Part shown: piece by piece, positions 48,814 to 57,027 of the stretch
Layout of the letters: each line of letters starts with the position of its first letter
How positions within the stretch are numbered: position 1 is the first letter of the stretch
Source: Bifidobacterium sp.
GTDB lineage: Bacteria; Actinomycetota; Actinomycetes; Actinomycetales; Bifidobacteriaceae
NCBI GenBank assembly: GCA_036311305.1
Contig: JAXJQE010000137.1
Coordinates: forward strand, 96-64,095
Length of the DNA: 64,000 nt
Direction: 5' to 3'
The notes under the pieces: generated by a model
The model's input: only the letters and a program-made list of their open reading frames with translations
Databases searched by the model: none
Told to the model about the DNA's origin: nothing
Translations under genes and position numbers: made by a program

Positions 48814-49467
48814 GCCGTTTCCCCTTCCTTTTCCTGCGGCGTGAGCGCGCCGAGCACTTCGAGCAGGTGCCGCGCCGGCGGCGTCGGTGAACCGTTCGGC
48901 GTGCCATCCCACGGCGCGCGCGCCCTCGACGTTGGCCATGGTGTCGTCCAGGAACAGCGTACGCGCCGGGTCGAGGCCGAAGCGTTCCTGCGCCAGTTCG
49001 TAGATGTCGGCGTTCGGCTTGCGCAGCTTCTCGGCGCCGGAGACCACGGTGCCGCCGAGGAGCCGGTCGATCTCGGGGAAGCGTTCGAAGGCGAAGTGGA
49101 AGGTCTCGCCGGACCAGTTCGTCAGCCCCCACAGCCGCACGCCGGCGCCGCGCAGGTCCTCCATGAGCTCCAGGGAGCCGGGCACCGTGCGTGGCAGGGC
49201 GTCGCCGTAATGGCGGATGTAGTAGTCGAAGACGGCGGCGATGTCCTCGCCGTGGTCGGCGGCGACGGCGGGCAGTACCTCGGACAGGAGCATGCCGCCG
49301 TCCATGCGGTCCTCGTAGTCGAAGAACCCGTACGTGTCCTCGGGGGAGGCGATGGCGTCCACGAGCTCCTTGGGGTAATGGCCGTCCAACGCGGCGCGGC
49401 ATCGCCAGTCGATGAGCACGCCGCAGAAATCGAACACGACATCGGTGATGGCCTCGCTCTGGCCCAT
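48810..49467 (-). pseudogene. HAD-superfamily hydrolase; apparent +1 frameshift near 48867-48885 that fuses its frame to lysR
   Basis: MGQSEAITDVVFDFCGVLIDW...LTNWSGE...LFLDDTMANVEGA. After ...ERFTDAA the GC3-rich frame switches to ...HLLEVLGALTPQEKEGETA, with a TGA overlapping the lysR ATG (ATGA). The span is 658 nt (3n+1). As written, it forms one 576-aa ORF (47884..49614). Confidence 0.6.
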
Positions 49468-49600
49468 GGGTCCTCCCTGCATGGTGGATGGGGTTCTCCC
49501 GGCACAGTGTACCCCGTGGCGCGAAACGGGGCCCGCGGCATCCCGATGGCTGGCGCCCCGGGATGCTGCGGGCCCCGTTCGTCGTGGCCGCGCGCAGGCC

Positions 49601-51373
49601 TTACATGCCCTCAAGGATGTCGAGCAGCTGCGAGACGGTCTTCTTGCCGAACTCCACCTTGCGTTCCCCGTCGCGGTCGATCACGATGCATGGCACGCTC
49701 ATGACGTCGTACTCCTCCTTGAGGGCGGGGAAGTGCGCGATGTCGTAGGCCTCGGCGCGCACGGTGGGGTTGAGGGACGCGATGCGCTGCGCGGCTCGCA
49801 CGGTCTCCGGGCACATGGTGCACGTCAGCGAGACGAGCAGCATGATGGACACGGGATCGTGGATGGCCTCGATGCGCGTGCGCTCCTCGTCGGACAGCGG
49901 CTGGCCGGGGCCTGCGGCGTTGTACAGGCCGAGCACGAACGAGTGGAACTCGTGTCCGGTGGGCACGCCGTGGAAGGCCAGGCCCGTGGCCTCGAGGCGC
50001 CCATCGGCGTTGCGCACGAGCAGGCGCACCATCGGGGTGGCGAACGGCAGCGGCGCCTTCACGTCGAAGGCCCCACGGCCGTTCTCGCCGAGGTTCGGCG
50101 ACTGTTCGGTCACCTGCTCGAGCTTGCCGTGGGACAGGCGCACGAGTTCGTCGACGAACGCGACGAGCTGCGCGGACAGTTCGCTGCGGTCGAGCTGCAG
50201 CTGCAGCGTGACGGGCCGTGCCATCCTCGCGAAGACCACGTCCAGCTGCTTGACCACGGCGTCGGAGAACACGGTGCTATCGACGTGCGGCGCGCCCGAG
50301 GACGGCGCGTTGGTGGAGGGCGGCGCCGCGGAGGTGTCCGCAGGCGCGTCCACCGCCCGCTTCGCCTCGGCCTGTTGGTACGTGGTACCGGTGGGGCGTT
50401 CGGGGACGATGTCGGTGCGCGCGCTGGCCTCGGCGGCGTACCGCTCCACGCCGACGGCGGCGATGGCGCCGTCGGCGGTGGCGGTGACCACCTGCCGCAG
50501 GTCCTTGACGCGCAGGTCGCCGGGGGCGTACACGCCGTCGACGTTGGTGCGCAGGTCGTCGCCGGTGACGACGTAGCCGTGGTCGTTGAGCATGACCTTG
50601 CCCTTGACGAGGTCCGTGCGCGGCACGTAGCCGGCGACGACGAAGACACCGAAGGTGCCCCCGTCGTCGGGCGCCCACGTGTACGTCTTGCCGTCGTGCA
50701 CGTCGCGCAGCGTGGCGGACACGAGTCCGGCGGGTCCGGGTTGCACGGCGACGAGCTCGGTGGCGTAGCGGATGGCGAGCTTGGGGTCGGCCTTGGCCCT
50801 GTCGGCCACGGACGCGTCGCAGGTGAAGTCGTCCTCGCGCACGAGCACGGTGACCTTGCGCGCGTAGCGTCCCAGGAACACGGCCTCCTCGGCCGCCGCG
50901 AAGCCGCCGCCGACCACGACGACGTCCTTGCCGGTGAAGAACTCGCCGTCGCAGGTGGCGCAGTAGGCCACGACACGGCCGGCGTACTCGCTCTCGCCCT
51001 CGAAGCCGATGCGCCGGGGCGCCGCGCCCATGGCGAGCACCACGCCGAAGCAGCGGAAGTCGCCGCGCGAGGTATGCACGGTCTTCACGTCGCCATCGAG
51101 GTCCACGCCGGTCACGTCGGCGCGCATGAGCTCGGCGCCGAAGTCGCTGGCCTGGTCACGCATGGTGCGGGTGAGCGTCGTGCCGTCGGTGCTGGCCACG
51201 CCGGGGTAGTTGACGATCTCGGCGGTGATGGTCGCCTGGCCGCCGAAGTCGTCCTTCTCGAGCACGAGCGTGCGGTAGCGCGCCCTGGCCAGGTACATGC
51301 CGGCGGTCAGGCCGGCCGGACCACCACCGATCACGATGGCGTCGTACATGGGCGCCTGGGATTCGTCCGCCAT
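49601..51373 (-). CDS. thioredoxin-reductase-like flavoprotein fused C-terminally to an AhpF-N-terminal-type thioredoxin-fold module (permuted AhpF)
   Basis: 590 aa. Contains YDAIVIGGGPAGLTAG, the redox CATC (AYCATCDGEF) and a second VVVVGGGFAAAEEA. A low-complexity linker is followed by the C-terminal ...SLTCTMCPETV... CxxC. Lies directly downstream of ahpC. Confidence 0.8.
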   Translation of the reverse strand: MADESQAPMYDAIVIGGGPAGLTAGMYLARARYRTLVLEKDDFGGQATITAEIVNYPGVASTDGTTLTRTMRDQASDFGAELMRADVTGVDLDGDVKTVHTSRGDFRCFGVVLAMGAAPRRIGFEGESEYAGRVVAYCATCDGEFFTGKDVVVVGGGFAAAEEAVFLGRYARKVTVLVREDDFTCDASVADRAKADPKLAIRYATELVAVQPGPAGLVSATLRDVHDGKTYTWAPDDGGTFGVFVVAGYVPRTDLVKGKVMLNDHGYVVTGDDLRTNVDGVYAPGDLRVKDLRQVVTATADGAIAAVGVERYAAEASARTDIVPERPTGTTYQQAEAKRAVDAPADTSAAPPSTNAPSSGAPHVDSTVFSDAVVKQLDVVFARMARPVTLQLQLDRSELSAQLVAFVDELVRLSHGKLEQVTEQSPNLGENGRGAFDVKAPLPFATPMVRLLVRNADGRLEATGLAFHGVPTGHEFHSFVLGLYNAAGPGQPLSDEERTRIEAIHDPVSIMLLVSLTCTMCPETVRAAQRIASLNPTVRAEAYDIAHFPALKEEYDVMSVPCIVIDRDGERKVEFGKKTVSQLLDILEGM

Positions 51374-51384
51374 GGTGCCTCCGA

Positions 51385-51948
51385 TCAGAGCTCGCCGACG
51401 AGGTCGAGGCTCGGCTCGATGGTCTCGTCGCCGGGCTGCCAGCTGGCCGGGCACACCTGGTCGGTGTGCTCGTACACGAACTGCGACGCCTTGACGCGGC
51501 GCAGGATCTCCGCGGCGTCACGGCCGACGTTGGAGGAGATGACCTCATAGGCCACCACGTGGCCCTCCGGGTCGAGGATGAAGTCGCCGCGCTCGGCGAC
51601 GCCGCCCTCCTCGTTGTAGGTGTCGAGGTCGCGCGCGAGCTTCGCGGTGGGGTCGGCAATCATGGGGAACTGGATCTTGGCGATCTTCTCGTTGGCGTCA
51701 TGCCATGCCTTGTGCACCCACTGGGTGTCGCAGGACACCGAGTAGATCTCGCAGCCGGCCTTCTTGAAGTCGTCGTAATGGTCGGCGAGGTCCTCGAGCT
51801 CGGTCGGGCACACGAAGGAGAAATCGGCGGGGTAGAAGAAGAGGAGCGACCAGTGGCCCAGCAGGTCCGAGCGGCTGATCTGCTCGAGCTTGCCGTCGTG
51901 GTAGGCCTGGGCGGTGAAATCGGTGATGTCGTGTTGCAGCAGTGTCAT
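51385..51948 (-). CDS. ahpC: alkyl hydroperoxide reductase subunit C (2-Cys peroxiredoxin)
   Basis: 187 aa: ...FFYPADFSFVCPTELEDL... with the resolving Cys in ...DQVCPASWQPG. Confidence 0.93.
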   Translation of the reverse strand: MTLLQHDITDFTAQAYHDGKLEQISRSDLLGHWSLLFFYPADFSFVCPTELEDLADHYDDFKKAGCEIYSVSCDTQWVHKAWHDANEKIAKIQFPMIADPTAKLARDLDTYNEEGGVAERGDFILDPEGHVVAYEVISSNVGRDAAEILRRVKASQFVYEHTDQVCPASWQPGDETIEPSLDLVGEL

Positions 51949-52126
51949 CGTTGCCCCTTTCAGGAAACGTCGGTGGCTGCCGCGGGCGGCGGGGGTCTCC
52001 CGTCGGCGTGCCGGTCGGCGGCATGCGGCGGCCATCCCACCGTGAGTATGGCATAGGCCGCCGCGCCCGCTCGCCGGACTTCTCTGAGAGACAAGCTCTC
52101 CCGGACGCTCTGCAGGGGTGTGCAAA

Positions 52127-52166
52127 GGGGCGTTATGGGAACCGTCCATGGTTCCCGCAACGCCCC
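52127..52166 (-). terminator. long imperfect stem-loop downstream of nnr
   Basis: GGGGCGTTATGGGAACC...GGTTCCCGCAACGCCCC: about 17 bp with one 2-nt internal mismatch. Confidence 0.5.
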
Positions 52167-52185
52167 CTGTCGCGCGTGGATGCAC

Positions 52186-53952
52186 CTAGCGGTACTGCGC
52201 GGTGGTGTTGAGCAGGTCGTAGGCGGCCGGCAGCGCGTCGACCACGTCGCCCGCCACGATGGGATGCCCGATGGCCTCGTCCATGTCGTCCGGCGCCCCG
52301 GTGCCGTAGACGCGCGGCTCGTCCCACGCGTGCTGGTCGCTCTTGGACGCCAGGGCGGCCGCCAGGCCGTGCATGTACACGGCGCCGGCCACCACGTCCG
52401 CCGTCCGGGACGGATGCGCGGCAAGGAGATCGGCGCGGGAGGCCAGGAAGGCGCCGATGATGCCACCCAGCGCGTCGCCGGCACCGGCGGTGGCGAGCCA
52501 CGCGGGCGCCCTGCCGCACATGAGGGTGCGCACGCGTCCCTGGGCGTCGTCGGACACGATGAGGGTATAGGCGCCCTTGAGCAGCACCGTGGCGCCGGTG
52601 AGCGCGTGGGCGCGCCGGGCGTAACGCAGCGGGCACGCCAGGATGTTGTCGCTGGTGGCGGGCGCGTCGATGCGGGTCATGAGCCGCGCCATCTCGCCGG
52701 CGTGCGGCGTGAGGACCACTTGCGGCGGCACCTTCGCGGGCAGCAGGTCGAGGGCGCCGGCGTCCACGACGATGGGTGGCATCTGGCGGGCGCGCGCGTC
52801 GGCCTGGCCGTCGCCGGTGAGTGCGTAATGCTCCAGCAGCGCCTTGATGGCGGCACGTTGGCTGTCATGGCCGGTGTCATGCTCCGCGTAGGGCACGCCG
52901 GAGCCCACGACCCACGATTGGACGTGGCCCTTGCCCATGGTCGCCTCGGGCAGCGCCTGGAGGATGAGGTCCTGGGCGCGCTGCGGACCGAGGTAGCGCA
53001 CCATGCCGATGTCGCAGCGGGCGGCTGCGGTGGTGGACAGCACGGCCGCGCCGGGGTAGTCCACGGAACCGGTGATCAGGCCGGTGACGCCGCGGTCGTA
53101 CTTGCCGTCGGACACCAGCGGGATGCGGATCGCGCGCTGCGCGTGGTCACGGTCGACGAGGGACACGGCCGGCACGGCGTGAGCGGTGTCGAAGCCGAAG
53201 TCGACGAGCGTGGTGCGTCCGCAGGCGCCGGCGGCCGGTGGCAGCATGGCGCAGGGCTTGAGCGCGCCGAACATGACGGTCAGGTCGGCGGGGATGTACG
53301 CGCCGGGCAGCGAACCGTCGTCCACGCCGATGCCGGAGGGCGTGTCCACGGCCACGACGAGCGGGAAGTCGAGCGCCATGGCGTCCTCGGGCAGCGCCGG
53401 GCGGCGCGGCGCCCGGCCGTCGGCGCCCAGCGCGTCGGCGAGCGCGGCGGGGATGCCGTGCAGGGCGCCGTTGACGCCGATGCCCGTCATGGCGTCGATG
53501 AGGATGTGGCTGCGCCGGGCGTGCTCGATGGCGCGTTCGAGGCGTTGGCCGGCCTCGCCGGAGGAGAAGCCGGTGGGGCTGCCGGGGATCTGCGAGTGGG
53601 GGTCGAGGGGGAAGACGTGGCCGCCGTTGTCGAGGAAGGTCAGGAGCGCTTCCTCGTGCAGTTGCGGGCCGGTGGCGATGGAGGTGACGTGCAGGCCCTG
53701 GGAGGCGAGGATGGCGCCGGCGAACAGGCCGTCTCCGCCGTTGTCGGCGCCTCCGACGAGCAGCGTGATGCGCAAGGCCGAGCCTTTCCATCCTTGCTCG
53801 TGGATGGTGTCGAGGACGGTCTTGGCGATGGCGTTGGCGGCCATGCGCATGAGGGGGGCGCCTTCGTCGAGGAGGGGTCGTTCCATGGCGCGTACGGTCT
53901 CTGCGGTGTAGGCGGTTCGGGTGAGCCTGGTGAGGCGCTCTTCGTGTGGCAT
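52186..53952 (-). CDS. nnr: bifunctional NAD(P)H-hydrate repair enzyme (epimerase / ADP-dependent dehydratase)
   Basis: 588 aa from the ATG (complement of 53950-53952). YjeF-N part: LLVGGADNGGDGLFAG. Carbohydrate-kinase part: GAVLSTTAAARCDIGMV...TAGAGDALGGIIGAFLA. Confidence 0.85.
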   Translation of the reverse strand: MPHEERLTRLTRTAYTAETVRAMERPLLDEGAPLMRMAANAIAKTVLDTIHEQGWKGSALRITLLVGGADNGGDGLFAGAILASQGLHVTSIATGPQLHEEALLTFLDNGGHVFPLDPHSQIPGSPTGFSSGEAGQRLERAIEHARRSHILIDAMTGIGVNGALHGIPAALADALGADGRAPRRPALPEDAMALDFPLVVAVDTPSGIGVDDGSLPGAYIPADLTVMFGALKPCAMLPPAAGACGRTTLVDFGFDTAHAVPAVSLVDRDHAQRAIRIPLVSDGKYDRGVTGLITGSVDYPGAAVLSTTAAARCDIGMVRYLGPQRAQDLILQALPEATMGKGHVQSWVVGSGVPYAEHDTGHDSQRAAIKALLEHYALTGDGQADARARQMPPIVVDAGALDLLPAKVPPQVVLTPHAGEMARLMTRIDAPATSDNILACPLRYARRAHALTGATVLLKGAYTLIVSDDAQGRVRTLMCGRAPAWLATAGAGDALGGIIGAFLASRADLLAAHPSRTADVVAGAVYMHGLAAALASKSDQHAWDEPRVYGTGAPDDMDEAIGHPIVAGDVVDALPAAYDLLNTTAQYR

Positions 53953-54188
53953 GGGCGGTCTTCCCTCCGTGACGGGTGTTCTGGTGCTGGTGCCAACTGT
54001 AGTACCGTGGCGCGCGGGGCCGGTGCGGGGTTCAGCCGTTGGCCACGGCGCGGGGATGGGGGAGCGTTCTTTTTCTATGGACGATAACCTAGGGCGCCGC
54101 TTGGGCCGTGTTCCTACAATGGGTGCGAACATTGGGCGGTCCGCCGGGCCTTGGGACGGCGGGCGCGCATTTTCGAAAGGACATGAGC

Positions 54189-55133
54189 ATGTGCACTGCA
54201 GTTCGCTTCACTGACGGCGAGGGCCATATGTACTTCGGCCGCAACCTGGATTGGGCCTTCGACTATGGCGAGAAGATCGTCTATACGCCGAAGGACTACG
54301 CCTGGTCGCCGGCGTTCAACGCGGAGGACCGCAACCATGCGGTGATCGGCGTGGGCATCGTGGTGGAGGACACACCGCTGTACTTCGATTGCGCGAACGA
54401 CGCGGGCCTGGCGGTGGCCGGCCTGAACTTCCCGGGGTACGCGAAGTACGCCGACGACTCGGTGAACTTCACGACGAACGTGGCGGCGTACGAGTTCCCG
54501 CTGTGGGTGGCGCGCAGCTTCACGAGCGTGGACGAGGTGGCCGAGGCGTTGAAGAACGTGACCATCGTGAACAAGGCCATCAACGACCAGTACCCGGTGA
54601 GCATGCTGCACTGGTTCATCGGCGACGCGACGCGCAGCATCGTGGTGGAGTACACGGCGGACGGCATGCACGTGTACGACGACGACGTGGATGTGCTCAC
54701 CAACCAGCCGGGCTTCGAGTACCACCGTGAGAACCTCATCAATTACGTGAACGCGGACCCGAAGCCGATTGATTCGGCCAAGTGGGGCGGCGCGGACCTC
54801 AAGGCGTGGGGCGCGGGCCTGAGCGCGCACGGCCTGCCGGGCGACCCGAACTCGACGTCGCGTTTCGTGCGCGCCGCGTACTCGAACGGCCACTACCCGC
54901 AGCAGGAGGGCGAGCAGGCGAACGTGACGCGCCTGTTCAAGACCCTCTCGAGCGCGGCGATGGTTGAGGGCAATTCGATGATGGACAACGGCAAGTTCGA
55001 GAAGACGATCTACACGTCGGGCTTCTCGGGCGCCACCGACACCTATTACATGAGCACGTACGACGACCCGACGATCAAGGCGTACCCGGTCTCCGGGTTC
55101 GACGCGTCGAGCGACAAGATCCAGGAGAAGTGA
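54189..55133 (+). CDS. bsh: choloylglycine (bile salt) hydrolase, Ntn-hydrolase with Cys2 nucleophile
   Basis: MCTAVRFTDGEGHMYFGRNLDW...LHWFIGD...VLTNQP...SRFVRAAY. Closely collinear with bifidobacterial BSH as I recall it. The ATG at 54189 places Cys at position 2. Confidence 0.92.
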   Translation: MCTAVRFTDGEGHMYFGRNLDWAFDYGEKIVYTPKDYAWSPAFNAEDRNHAVIGVGIVVEDTPLYFDCANDAGLAVAGLNFPGYAKYADDSVNFTTNVAAYEFPLWVARSFTSVDEVAEALKNVTIVNKAINDQYPVSMLHWFIGDATRSIVVEYTADGMHVYDDDVDVLTNQPGFEYHRENLINYVNADPKPIDSAKWGGADLKAWGAGLSAHGLPGDPNSTSRFVRAAYSNGHYPQQEGEQANVTRLFKTLSSAAMVEGNSMMDNGKFEKTIYTSGFSGATDTYYMSTYDDPTIKAYPVSGFDASSDKIQEK

Positions 55134-55139
55134 TTCGTC

Positions 55140-55172
55140 CGGGATGCCGGGGCGCAGCGACCGCCGGCATCC
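55140..55172 (+). terminator. stem-loop downstream of bsh
   Basis: 10-bp perfect stem GGGATGCCGG / CCGGCATCCC with a 13-nt loop. Confidence 0.5.
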
Positions 55173-55300
55173 CCGTACCATGTCGGCCCGCGCACGGGCG
55201 GCCACCGTCCCGCCTATGTTGGTGGGCAGTGGCCCGTCATGCGCGGGCCGTACCGTATGACCACCATCCGGCCGAGGGCCGGGAAGCGAGGAAGCACAGC

Positions 55301-56083
55301 ATGTTCGAGGAATTGCAGAAACGCATGAACCACTTTTGGAACGATGACCGCACCCTCAACGAGACGGACCCGGAGTTCGTGGACGCGTTCTCCCGGTTCG
55401 CCTACCAGGAGGTGACAGGCGAGCCGGCCGCCAACGACCCGAAGCTGGACGACACGAACCGGTGCCTGGCGATCCTGGCGGCGCTCATCGGCGCCCAGGG
55501 CATGGACGCGTTCGAGATGATGCTGCCCATCGCTTACTCCAGCGGCGTGACCTCCGTGCAACTCAAGGAGGTCATCTACCAGGCGACCCCCTACACGGGC
55601 TTCGCCCACTCCCTGCCGTACCTCAAGAAACTCAACGATTTCCTCAACGCGCAGAACGTGAAGATGCCGTTGGCGTCCCAGCGCACCACCGCGCAGGACG
55701 AGGCGTCGCGCATCGAGGCCGGCGAGGCCGAGCAGGTGCGCATCTTCGGCGACTCGATGAAGGGGTTCGCCCAGTCCGGTCCCGAGGACACGCGCCACAT
55801 CAACAAGTGGCTGTCCGGCGACTGCTTCGGTGACTACTACACGCGAGGGGGACTCGACACCAACCAGCGCGAGATGGCCACGGCCTGCTACCTCATGGCC
55901 CAGGGCGGCTGCGAGAGCCAATTGACCGCGCATTTCAAGGGCAACCTGAACATCGGCAACGACGAGCATTTCCTCATCGCCGTCATCTCGCAATGCCTGC
56001 CGTACATCGGTTACCCGCGCTCCCTCAACGCCATCGCCTGCCTGCGCAAGGCCGTGGCCGAGACCTCGGGGGAGAAGGCATGA
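55301..56083 (+). CDS. carboxymuconolactone decarboxylase (CMD/AhpD-like) family protein, two CMD repeats
   Basis: 260 aa from the ATG at 55301 (GAGGAAG RBS). Contains ...LKEVIYQATPYTGFAHSL... and ...LIAVISQCLPYIGYPRSLNA.... Confidence 0.65.
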   Translation: MFEELQKRMNHFWNDDRTLNETDPEFVDAFSRFAYQEVTGEPAANDPKLDDTNRCLAILAALIGAQGMDAFEMMLPIAYSSGVTSVQLKEVIYQATPYTGFAHSLPYLKKLNDFLNAQNVKMPLASQRTTAQDEASRIEAGEAEQVRIFGDSMKGFAQSGPEDTRHINKWLSGDCFGDYYTRGGLDTNQREMATACYLMAQGGCESQLTAHFKGNLNIGNDEHFLIAVISQCLPYIGYPRSLNAIACLRKAVAETSGEKA

Positions 56084-57027
56084 GCGGTGTCGCGCCCACA
56101 CCGCAGGTGAAGGCGGAACGCCAGCATGAGGGCGCCGCCGTGAAGGCCGCCCTCATCGCCAACATCGGCGTGGCCATCGCCAAGCTCGCCGCCGTGTTCA
56201 CCGGCTCCTCGTCCATGCTGTCCGAATCCGTGCACTCCATCGCCGACTGCTCCAACGAGATCGTCCTCATCATCGGCGACAAGGTATCGAAACACCGGCT
56301 CAACGCCGTGCATCCGTTCGGCTGGTACCGCACCAAGTACCTCGCGAGCTTCGTGGTGGCCACCCTGCTGTTCTTCGTCGGCGGTTTCTTCTCCACGTCC
56401 GAGGCCGTCAAGAAGCTCACCGCCGTAGCCGGCGACCCCGCGTTGCGCAACGCCGACCGCACCGAACTGCTCGTCGCCCTCGTCGTCGTCACCAGCGCCT
56501 GCCTCGAAGGCTACGGACTGCACCAGAGCGCCAAGGAGGCCCGCGAGCGCATGCGCCACACCGGCATGCCGCCGATGGGCCTGTACGCGTTCTGGCGGCG
56601 CACGAAATCCGCGGAGCTCGCGTCCGTGATCATGGAGGACACGCTGGCGCTCATCGGTCTGGCGTTCGCGTTCCTGGGCATCGGCGCCGCGATCGTGTTC
56701 GACGACGAGATCTGGGACGCGGCGGGCGGCCTGGCCGTCGGCGTGCTGCTCATGGTCGGCTCCGTCATCCTGGCGTACAAGTCCGGTTCGCTGCTCATCG
56801 GCGAATCGGTGGCGCCGTGGACGCGCGAACGGATCATCAGGGCCGTCGAGTCGACGCCCGGCGTCGTCTCGCTCATCAACATGCAGTCGGTGCACATGAG
56901 CGAGGACAACATCCTGCTGTGCCTGAAGGTGGAGACCAGCAAGCTCGACCGCGACTACGACGTGGAGAAGGTCGACAAGATCGAGCGCGCCGTGCGCGAT
57001 GCGCTGCCATGCCACGCGGGAAGTGGA
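56080..57027 (+). pseudogene. cation diffusion facilitator (CDF) family transporter; 3' end undefined because there is no in-frame stop before 58770
   Basis: The ATG at 56080 overlaps the CMD TGA. Contains MLSESVHSIADCSNE, six TM segments and the cytoplasmic domain ...VVSLINMQSVHMSEDNILLCLKVE...IERAVRDALP. The frame then runs antisense through the whole ABC-F gene (track ORF 55993..58770). The end coordinate given is nominal. Confidence 0.55.

Noticed and set aside
47884-49614. A 576-aa HAD-LysR fusion ORF as a real bifunctional regulator.
   Set aside because: The joining segment has AT-rich third codon positions and an Arg/Ala/Gly composition. The alternative frame gives a plausible HAD C-terminus with an ATGA-coupled stop/start. 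A frameshift is the simpler explanation.
54183-54188. An upstream ATG (MSMCTAV...) as the bsh start.
   Set aside because: Ntn-hydrolase BSH needs Cys as the first residue after Met removal. The ATG at 54189 also has better spacing from the GAAAGGA RBS.
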